From positions 1,920,001 through 1,952,000 of the forward strand of contig NC_020409.1 in the NCBI RefSeq assembly GCF_000341895.1: 32,000 nt of DNA, read 5' to 3'. Below the pieces are notes generated by a model. The model was not told the DNA's origin, ran no database searches, and saw nothing but the letters and a program-made list of their open reading frames with translations. Below, one piece after another: positions 23,200-30,503 of this stretch. How positions within the stretch are numbered: position 1 is the first letter of the stretch; each line of letters starts with the position of its first letter. The DNA comes from Pseudodesulfovibrio piezophilus C1TLV30. GTDB lineage: Bacteria > Desulfobacterota > Desulfovibrionia > Desulfovibrionales > Desulfovibrionaceae. Both the position numbers and the translations under genes were made by a program.

Positions 23200-23657
23200 C
23201 ATGCCAAGCTCCCCCTGTCACGCAAAAAGATCCCCTGACAGGCGCGAACGAACTCTTTAGAATGCACCATTTTATTACGAGAGGCCTTTTCCCCTCTCAC
23301 TTCAAGACCTTGTACTTCCATCTCAAACACGGGTAAAAAAAGCTCTTCTCCCTCTGCCCGGACAAAAAAACTTTCCAAATGGGAAATTCTCGCTTCTCCC
23401 GATTTTCTTGACAAGCAGAACAGTATAAGATCACCAAACACGGAGAGCTTGGAGTTTTCCACAGGTTTAAAAACAGTTCCGACGCCTTCTTGACGTATTC
23501 AACCCGACACCGCAGCGGCTCGAAATCATTCAAACATCAATTGGGAATTGCTCTCATCGCAATGTGGCTTGAAAAAAAAGTGAAATGGGGTCAACGTATC
23601 ATCCCGTTCACGATAAGCCGTTGGCTCACACGTCCTGACTCTTGAGGAGACTGTACC

Positions 23658-24800
23658 GTGCTCAGTACAAAATTCGCCATACCGGACATAATCTTCGGAC
23701 ATGGGTCCATCACTCACCTCCCCCAATGTGCGCAGCGCGTCGGCGCTCGACGGATATTCTTTGTCAGTGACAAAGGACTTGAGGAAGCGGGGTGGGTTGA
23801 CCGCGTGCGGGGTATCCTCAGGGCAAATAATCTTGATTGCGTCTACTTCAACAACGTCAATTCCAACCCCCGTGACAGTCAGGTGCACGAGGGAGCCAGA
23901 CTCTACCGAGAGGAAGGGTGCGACGTCATCATTGCTCTCGGGGGGGGCAGCCCCATGGACGCAGCCAAGGGTATCGGCATTATCGTCGGCAACGGAGGGC
24001 AGATACGAGATTACGAAGGGGCAAACCGTATCATGCGCCCCCTGCCTCCCATGATCCTGATTCCGAGTACTGCGGGCAGCAGCTCCGACATCTCCCAATA
24101 CTGTATCATCACCGACGTCAAACGGCAGGTCAAGATGTCCATCATCAGCCGTTCGCTCGTTCCCAACATTTCCATCATCGACCCACAGATCCTCGTAACC
24201 CAGAACAGGAGCCTGATCCTGGCCGCCAGCATAGATGCACTGGCACACGCGGTGGAGTCCTATGTTTCAAAACTCGCTTCGCCATTTACCGAAATGCAGG
24301 CACTCAAGGCCATTGATCTGATCACGGCAAACATCCTTCCCGCTGCCGAAGAAAAAGACATTAAGGCGCTGGAACAACTTTCCATCGCCGCCACTGCGGC
24401 AGGCATGTCATTCAGCAATGCAGGATTGGGTTCCCTGCACGCCATAGCCCACTCTCTTGGCGGAATTTATGATGTCCTGCATGGCTGGGTTCACCCGGTC
24501 CTGCTTCCCTCGGTCATGCGTTACAATATGCCTTCCTGTGTCGAAAAAATGGGGGACATCGGTAGACAAATCGCCGGAGCCAGACTGTGTCCGGACAAAC
24601 ATACCGCCCAAATCGGTATCGATACACTGGAACAGCTCTTCAAGGATTTGAACCTCAATACCCAACTTCGACAACTTCTCCCGGATAAGTCGACCTTGGA
24701 AGACATCTGCAAAACCGCGACCCACGATGCCTGCCACCTGACCAACCCGAGAGCAGCCGATTGGCAGGACCTGATGTCCATATGCGAGGAGGCATGGTGA
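23658..24800 (+). CDS. Iron-containing (group III) alcohol dehydrogenase, paralogue 1
   Basis: The GTG start is preceded by GAGGAG 8 nt upstream. The sequence GGGSPMDAAKGI...IPSTAGSSSD...DALAHAVESY...HAIAHSLGG...HG carries Fe-ADH signatures. Confidence 0.93.
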   Translation: MLSTKFAIPDIIFGHGSITHLPQCAQRVGARRIFFVSDKGLEEAGWVDRVRGILRANNLDCVYFNNVNSNPRDSQVHEGARLYREEGCDVIIALGGGSPMDAAKGIGIIVGNGGQIRDYEGANRIMRPLPPMILIPSTAGSSSDISQYCIITDVKRQVKMSIISRSLVPNISIIDPQILVTQNRSLILAASIDALAHAVESYVSKLASPFTEMQALKAIDLITANILPAAEEKDIKALEQLSIAATAAGMSFSNAGLGSLHAIAHSLGGIYDVLHGWVHPVLLPSVMRYNMPSCVEKMGDIGRQIAGARLCPDKHTAQIGIDTLEQLFKDLNLNTQLRQLLPDKSTLEDICKTATHDACHLTNPRAADWQDLMSICEEAW

Positions 24801-25996
24801 TGACCCCGACCACTTTGGCCGACCTGATCGGCATTGAGCACTCAAAACTCGGCTTTTTCCAGGAATTACAGCATACGATTGAAGAGCTGAAAACCTCCAG
24901 CCAAAAGTCGGAAAACCAGCGCCGGGAAATTGCTGCCATTCTTGACGGTATCACTGATATCATGATGGTCCTGTCCGAGGACCTGCGCATCATTGCCGTC
25001 AACCATGAATTTGAACAACTCTTCGGGAAGGGCAAACAACACAAAGGCAAATACTGCTACACACTCTTTCGCGATACCAACGCTCCCTGCCCGGAATGTC
25101 CGGCCTTTCGCTCTCTTTCCACCAACAAGGTGTGCAAGGAAACAGCCATATTCCGCATAGGCAACCGGAACCGCCAGTTTGAAATGATCGCTTCCCCAGT
25201 CAAGATACCTGACCAGTCCGGCAACCGTGTCCTGATTTTCAAACGGGATGTGACACTCGAAAAAGAATACCAGGCTAAATATTATCAGGCGCAAAAGATG
25301 GCAACCGTCGGAACCCTGGCGACGGGCGTCGCCCATGAGGTGAATAATCCGCTCATGGCCATTTCCGGTTTTGCCGAAGGTATTCAGCGACGGCTCTCGA
25401 AACTTGACGGACAGATTCCCGACGAGGTCATTGACGACTTCGCCGACTGCACAGGCATCATTCTCAAGGAATGCAATCGATGCCAGGAAATTGTCCGCAG
25501 CCTGCTCAACTTCGGACACCCCAGGTCATCGGTCTTTACCGTAGTGTTTCTCAATTCAATTATTCGCGAGACGATCGATCTTCTCGGATTTCACCTGAAA
25601 AAATCAACCAATCTGACGCTCAACGTCACTCTCCAGCCTGAGTTGGCGTTGATCAAAGCCGATGAACCGCAACTCAAACAGGTCATTCTCAACCTGCTGA
25701 CCAACGCGAGCGACGCCCTGGACGGCGAGGTCGGAACGATTACCGTCAATACTTTCCACAAGAACGACGACATGATCGCCATTGAAGTGAAAGATACCGG
25801 CTGTGGCATTTCTGCAGACATCAAAGACAAACTTTTCGACCCCTTTTTCACCACAAAACCCGTGGGAAAGGGAATCGGCATCGGGTTGTCCACCTGCTAC
25901 AATATCGTCAAGGAACATAAAGGGGAGATCGAAGTCACCAGTGAAGTCGGCAAAGGGTCGAGTTTCATTGTTTCCCTCCCGATTCAACAGGATTAG
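24800..25996 (+). CDS. Cytoplasmic PAS-domain sensor histidine kinase
   Basis: The ATG at 24800 overlaps the adh stop (TGATG), and GAGGAGG lies 7 nt upstream. It has a PAS region with the Cys cluster CYTLFRDTNAPCPECPAF, an H-box (ATGVAHEVNNPL) and N/G1/G2 boxes (LLTNASDAL, DTGCGI, GKGIGIGLS). I see no transmembrane segment. Confidence 0.9.
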   Translation: MTPTTLADLIGIEHSKLGFFQELQHTIEELKTSSQKSENQRREIAAILDGITDIMMVLSEDLRIIAVNHEFEQLFGKGKQHKGKYCYTLFRDTNAPCPECPAFRSLSTNKVCKETAIFRIGNRNRQFEMIASPVKIPDQSGNRVLIFKRDVTLEKEYQAKYYQAQKMATVGTLATGVAHEVNNPLMAISGFAEGIQRRLSKLDGQIPDEVIDDFADCTGIILKECNRCQEIVRSLLNFGHPRSSVFTVVFLNSIIRETIDLLGFHLKKSTNLTLNVTLQPELALIKADEPQLKQVILNLLTNASDALDGEVGTITVNTFHKNDDMIAIEVKDTGCGISADIKDKLFDPFFTTKPVGKGIGIGLSTCYNIVKEHKGEIEVTSEVGKGSSFIVSLPIQQD

Positions 25997-25997
25997 C

Positions 25998-27341
25998 ATG
26001 CAGACAAGTTACAGAGTGCTCGCGGTCGACGATGAGGAAAGCATCCTCAAACTGCTCGAACGGGAACTGAATTCCGACGAACGAATCGTCCATACGGCCA
26101 AAAGCGCACAACAGGCCAGAAAAATGGTCGCTAAAAACGAGTATGATGTCCTCATTCTCGATATCAAGCTCCCGGATGGAGACGGCCTGGACCTCTTTAC
26201 CGAATTCAAGGCAAAATTGCAGGATATCGAAATCATCCTCATCACCGGGCATGGCGATATTGACAGTGCGGTCGAAGCCATGCGGATCGGAGCCTATGAC
26301 TATATTACCAAACCCTTCAAGCTGGACCGGTTGGAATTGGTCCTCGATCGTGCTTTCCAGCGAGTCTGGCTGCAACGTGAAAACAAGGGATTACGCCATA
26401 CTCACGAAGCTTCTGACGATGATTCCCTGATCGGCAAGTCCGATCCTATTAAGCATATCCGATTTCTCATCGGCAAACTCCGTCCTTCGGAGATCCCCCT
26501 ACTCATTACGGGCGAAAGCGGCGCGGGCAAGGATGTGGTGGCTCGCACGGTCCACAGTCAGAGCAAACGTGCTTCCCATCCCCTGATTATCAAGAACTGC
26601 GCCATGCTCCAGCGCGAACTGGTCCGCTCCGAGTTATTCGGACACAGAAAAGGTGCATTCACCGGTGCTTCCGAAGCTCGAGAGGGGCTGATCTCCCTGG
26701 CCCACAAAGGCACTCTGTTTCTCGATGAGATAGGCGACCTGCCTGAGGATGTGCAAGCCTCCCTGCTCAGGGTCATTGAAACCAAGACATATCGCCGTAT
26801 GGGTGAAAATGAAGAACGCAGGGCTGATGTCCGATTCCTGTTCGCAACCAATCGAAATCTGGCAAAGGCAGTGGAAAACGGCCAATTTAACGAAGCGCTT
26901 TTCCATCGAATCAACGTCTTCAATATCCACATCCCTCGCCTGAAAAAACGCAAGGAAGACATTCCGCTGCTGGTGGCCTATTTCCTCGGCCGACTCAGCG
27001 GCGGCGGCGATCAATGCGTGGTAGCGGACAAAGCCATGCAGCTTCTGCTCAGCTATGACTGGCCGGGTAATGTGCGCGAACTGAGAAACGTGCTTGAGCG
27101 GGCATTGATTCTGACGGACAATAACGTCATTACCGATCAGGCTCTGCCCAAGGAAATTCTCAATTGCAGCGCCACATGCGAAGACTCTCCGCCGCCCATG
27201 TCGCTGGAGACTGTTGAGAAGGAACACATCCTGCGCATCCTGTCCTACTATGACAACAACAAACAAAAAGCATCGGAAGTTCTTGGAATAGGAAGAAAAA
27301 CTCTTTACAGAAAAATTCTCAAATACGGTATAGAAAGCTAA
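25998..27341 (+). CDS. Sigma-54-dependent response regulator (NtrC family: REC + AAA+ + Fis-type HTH)
   Basis: The ATG lies 1 nt after the kinase stop. The REC domain has VLAVDDEE...VLILDIKLPDGDG. The AAA+ domain has GESGAGKDVVA, SELFGHRKGAFTGA and RVIETKTYRRMG. The C-terminal HTH is ASEVLGIGRKTLYRKI. Confidence 0.95.
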   Translation: MQTSYRVLAVDDEESILKLLERELNSDERIVHTAKSAQQARKMVAKNEYDVLILDIKLPDGDGLDLFTEFKAKLQDIEIILITGHGDIDSAVEAMRIGAYDYITKPFKLDRLELVLDRAFQRVWLQRENKGLRHTHEASDDDSLIGKSDPIKHIRFLIGKLRPSEIPLLITGESGAGKDVVARTVHSQSKRASHPLIIKNCAMLQRELVRSELFGHRKGAFTGASEAREGLISLAHKGTLFLDEIGDLPEDVQASLLRVIETKTYRRMGENEERRADVRFLFATNRNLAKAVENGQFNEALFHRINVFNIHIPRLKKRKEDIPLLVAYFLGRLSGGGDQCVVADKAMQLLLSYDWPGNVRELRNVLERALILTDNNVITDQALPKEILNCSATCEDSPPPMSLETVEKEHILRILSYYDNNKQKASEVLGIGRKTLYRKILKYGIES

Positions 27342-27510
27342 AAAAGAACCTGGAAGTCACTTTGACCCATCAGCCTCAAGCTGTGTGTCATTACGACACT
27401 TACCATAAAATAATCTACAAATTCGTATCATTACTCGTATTGTTTATAGTTATGACAAAGCCACCCCCCCACCGAGTATGGGACAAAATGCCCCACACAC
27501 GGAAAGCACA

Positions 27511-27532
27511 GTGTTCAAATAAAGTTGAACAC
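27511..27532. promoter_or_regulatory. Palindrome GTGTTCAA-N6-TTGAACAC upstream of the sigma-54 promoter (candidate activator site)
   Basis: It has 8-bp perfect arms and ends 26 nt upstream of the -24 element. A second, weaker palindrome, GTGTC-N5-GACAC, lies at 27385..27399. Confidence 0.35.
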
Positions 27533-27557
27533 CCTGAAAACAATGATGAAAATCCAT

Positions 27558-27573
27558 TGGCACGCTATCTGCT
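27558..27573 (+). promoter_or_regulatory. Sigma-54 (-24/-12) promoter for the second Fe-ADH
   Basis: TGGCACGCTATCTGCT compares with the consensus TGGCACG-N4-TTGCW, with the GG and GC dinucleotides at the exact canonical spacing. It lies about 77 nt upstream of the adh ATG and directly downstream of an NtrC-type activator gene. Confidence 0.7.
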
Positions 27574-27649
27574 GACAGAGGTCTCAGCCTCAGTTGGTAA
27601 CCAGTACGGATATTCCGTCATTCGTTAACTTCAATTCAGGAGATGTATC

Positions 27650-28831
27650 ATGGCTGTACAGGAACAAGTTTATGGATTTTTCATTCCCAGTGTCACTCTC
27701 GTCGGCATCGGTGCTTCCAAGGAAATTCCCGGCAAGATTCGCGACCTGGGCGGTAAGAAACCCCTTATCGTAACTGATCAGGGTATTGTCAAAACGGGTA
27801 TTCTGAAACAGATCACCGATCTGCTCGACGATGCCAAGATGTCCTATGAAGTCTATGACAAGACCATCCCGAACCCGACTGACGCCAATGTCCACGAAGG
27901 TGTCGATGTCTACAAAAAAGCCAAGTGCGACAGCCTGATCACCTTGGGTGGCGGTTCATCCCATGATTGTGGTAAAGGCATCGGCCTGGTTGTTTCCAAC
28001 GGCGGCAAGATTCATGATTACGAGGGCGTTGACCAGTCCACAAAGCCCCTGCCGCCTTACGTTGCAGTGAACACCACTGCCGGAACAGCTTCCGAAATGA
28101 CTCGTTTTTGCATCATCACCGACTTGTCCAGAAAGGTGAAGATGGCTATCGTTGATTGGCGTGTCACCCCAGGTATCGCTCTTGATGATCCGATGTTGAT
28201 GGTCGGCATGCCGCCGTCCCTGACTGCCGCCACCGGCATGGATGCGCTGACTCACGCTGTGGAAGCATACGTCTCCACCATTGCCAACCCCATGACCGAC
28301 GCATGTGCAGAAAAGGCCATCGAACTCATCTTCACGCACCTGCGCCCGGCAGTTGCCAACGGTCAGGATATCAATGCTCGCGAAGGCATGTGTTTCGCTC
28401 AGTATCTCGCAGGTATGGCGTTCAATAACGCCTCCCTGGGCCACGTCCACGCCATGGCTCACCAGCTTGGCGGTTTCTACGACCTGCCCCATGGCGAATG
28501 CAATGCGATCCTCCTGCCCCATGTTGAAAAATTCAACCTTATTGCCAAAGTCGATCGTTTCGCCAAGCTGGCCGAAATCATGGGTGAAAACCTCGACGGT
28601 TTGTCCCCCATCGAAGCAGCCGAAAAATGCCTTGTGGCCATCCGTAGACTTTCCTCCGATGTCGGCATACCTTCCGGTTTGGTCGAACTCGGCAAACGCT
28701 ACGGCAAGGAAGTCAGCCCCAAGGACATCAAGGTCATGACCGGCAACGCACAAAAAGACGCCTGCGGTCTGACCAACCCGCGTTGTCCCACCGATATGGA
28801 TGTCGACGAGATCTACAAAGCAGCCATGTAA
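27650..28831 (+). CDS. adh: Iron-containing (group III) alcohol dehydrogenase, paralogue 2
   Basis: The RBS is CAGGAG. The sequence GGGSSHDCGKGIG...VNTTAGTASEMT...DALTHAVEAY...HAMAHQLGG...HGECNA carries classic Fe-ADH motifs. Confidence 0.95.
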   Translation: MAVQEQVYGFFIPSVTLVGIGASKEIPGKIRDLGGKKPLIVTDQGIVKTGILKQITDLLDDAKMSYEVYDKTIPNPTDANVHEGVDVYKKAKCDSLITLGGGSSHDCGKGIGLVVSNGGKIHDYEGVDQSTKPLPPYVAVNTTAGTASEMTRFCIITDLSRKVKMAIVDWRVTPGIALDDPMLMVGMPPSLTAATGMDALTHAVEAYVSTIANPMTDACAEKAIELIFTHLRPAVANGQDINAREGMCFAQYLAGMAFNNASLGHVHAMAHQLGGFYDLPHGECNAILLPHVEKFNLIAKVDRFAKLAEIMGENLDGLSPIEAAEKCLVAIRRLSSDVGIPSGLVELGKRYGKEVSPKDIKVMTGNAQKDACGLTNPRCPTDMDVDEIYKAAM

Positions 28832-28847
28832 ACCGGCCAGCAGAACA

Positions 28848-28875
28848 CCCCGGGAAAGCCGTCCCTTTCCCGGGG
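28848..28875 (+). terminator. GC-rich stem-loop after adh without a U-tract (partial terminator, attenuator or mRNA-stabilising hairpin)
   Basis: An 11-bp stem is formed by CCCCGGGAAAG (28848..28858) and CTTTCCCGGGG (28865..28875). It is followed by ACTCATGCC, which is not T-rich. Confidence 0.5.
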
Positions 28876-29004
28876 ACTCATGCCCGCCACAATGTCGTCA
28901 ACGATCCCGGCTGATCGCCACCCGATTTCATCGCATGTTCGGAACGATTCGGGAACGACAACATATAGAGAAACCAACACCGAAGCCCAGGCTTCGGCTA
29001 AACC

Positions 29005-29580
29005 ATGCGAGATCGATACATGAACACGATACACATGAACGATGCCGGTGACGACGCGTTCATTCGCCAAGTGGAGAAAGAGAGCGGGCAGAACCTGAGC
29101 CTATGCTATCAATGCGGAAACTGTACCGCGGGATGTCCGTACAACTCATTTTACGACATCCCGGTCAGTCAGGTCATGCGCAACCTCCAGGCGAAACAAC
29201 GCGAAACGGTCCTTTCCTGCCGGTCCATCTGGTTGTGCGCCTCCTGCGAATCGTGCACCACCCGTTGTCCCAATGAAATCGACGTCGCGCGCATCATGGA
29301 TGTTTTGCGGCACATGGCCCGGCGAGAGGGATACGCTCCTGAGCCTCAGGTCAAGACTTTTTGGGACGCCTTCCTGCAATCCGTTGAACGCCATGGCCGG
29401 GTTTTCGAAGTCGGCTTGATGGTAGCCTATGCGACCAAGACGGGTAAACTCTTCACTGATATCGACCTTGGCCTCAAGCTCATGCCTCGGGGCAAGCTCG
29501 GTTTCAAAGCCCATGACATCGTGGGCAAGGATGAAGTCAAAAAGATTTTCCAACGATTCAACGAGGAGCGTCGTTCGTGA
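29005..29580 (+). CDS. hdrC: Heterodisulfide reductase subunit C-like (two [4Fe-4S] motifs)
   Basis: CYQCGNCTAGCP and CASCESCTTRCP are ferredoxin-type motifs in an HdrC-sized protein. The start is uncertain: ATGs at 29005, 29020 and 29035 all lack a clear RBS. Confidence 0.85.
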   Translation: MRDRYMNTIHMNDAGDDAFIRQVEKESGQNLSLCYQCGNCTAGCPYNSFYDIPVSQVMRNLQAKQRETVLSCRSIWLCASCESCTTRCPNEIDVARIMDVLRHMARREGYAPEPQVKTFWDAFLQSVERHGRVFEVGLMVAYATKTGKLFTDIDLGLKLMPRGKLGFKAHDIVGKDEVKKIFQRFNEERRS

Positions 29581-30473
29581 GTTCCCCTCTTACCTTTGCA
29601 TATTATCCGGGGTGTTCCGGTCAGGGCACCTCGATCGAATACGATCAGTCCACCCGCGCCGTGTGCCACGATCTGGGTATCGAGCTCGTGGATATCCCGG
29701 ACTGGAGTTGCTGTGGTTCCACCCCGGCTCACACCGTGGACCACCATTTGTCCGCCGCCCTGTCGGCCCGAAACATCATCCAGGCCGAGACCCTGGATGT
29801 TCAGGGTATTATCACGCCGTGCCCCAGTTGCCTGACCAACCTCAAAACGGCCAGCCACCGCATGCGTGATCCCGAGTTCAAGAAAGAAGTCGATACATTG
29901 GCAGGCGGTTCCTGTCGAAACGATCTTCCTGTGATGTCCGTCATGCAGGTTCTCTTTGAGAAACTCGGCGTGGACAGCATTAAGGGCATGGTCAAAAAAC
30001 CGCTGGAAGGATTGACCCTGGCCCCTTATTACGGATGCATCATGAATCGCCCGCCCGAGGTCATGGATTTTGACGACTGCGAGAATCCCATCGCCATGGA
30101 CCGGATCATGGAAGCCATCGGTGCGACAGTTGCGCCCTTCCCACTCAAGGTGGAGTGTTGTGGCGCGTCATTCGGTGTGGCCAGAAATGACATCGTCACC
30201 CGACTTTCCGGCAAACTTCTTGATGCAGCAGAAGACTGTGGAGCCATTGCCATGGTCACGGCCTGTCCTCTGTGCCAGATGAATCTGGACATGCGTCAGG
30301 ACCAGATCAACAGGGCCAACAACAGCAAACACGACATGCCCATCTTCTACTACACACAGCTCATCGGCATGGCGCTCGGCCACAGCGACGCCAGCCTAAT
30401 GATGGACAAACTGTGTGTGGACCCTGGAAAGGCATTTCGCACAATGCGTGAAACCCAACAGGCCCAAGCCTAG
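29577..30473 (+). CDS. hdrB: Heterodisulfide reductase subunit B-like (two CCG domains)
   Basis: The GTG start overlaps the hdrC stop (GTGA). The sequence YYPGCSG...DWSCCGS...PCPSC and YYGC...VECCGAS...CPLCQ contains duplicated CCG motifs. Confidence 0.92.
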   Translation: MSSPLTFAYYPGCSGQGTSIEYDQSTRAVCHDLGIELVDIPDWSCCGSTPAHTVDHHLSAALSARNIIQAETLDVQGIITPCPSCLTNLKTASHRMRDPEFKKEVDTLAGGSCRNDLPVMSVMQVLFEKLGVDSIKGMVKKPLEGLTLAPYYGCIMNRPPEVMDFDDCENPIAMDRIMEAIGATVAPFPLKVECCGASFGVARNDIVTRLSGKLLDAAEDCGAIAMVTACPLCQMNLDMRQDQINRANNSKHDMPIFYYTQLIGMALGHSDASLMMDKLCVDPGKAFRTMRETQQAQA

Positions 30474-30503
30474 CCAGGCAGGATCCAAGGAGCGTCATTC
30501 AAT

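Noticed and set aside
23380-23395. Sigma-54-like TGGGAAATTCTCGCTT upstream of the first adh
   Set aside because: The GG-to-GC spacing is one nucleotide short of the canonical -24/-12 distance, and the -24 element is TGGG, not TGGC.
23199-23533. Minus-strand ORFs of 87 aa and 78 aa in the ppiD-adh intergenic region
   Set aside because: They start at GTG or weak codons without an RBS. The 87-aa ORF would end inside the ppiD terminator. They are kept only as part of the unexplained-region finding.
23526-24248. 240-aa minus-strand ORF
   Set aside because: It is antisense to the first Fe-ADH.
27362-27628. 88-aa TTG-initiated plus-strand ORF
   Set aside because: It lies in the AT-rich regulatory region that contains the sigma-54 promoter and palindromes. 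It has no RBS and an implausible composition.
27956-28753. 265-aa minus-strand ORF
   Set aside because: It is antisense to the second Fe-ADH.
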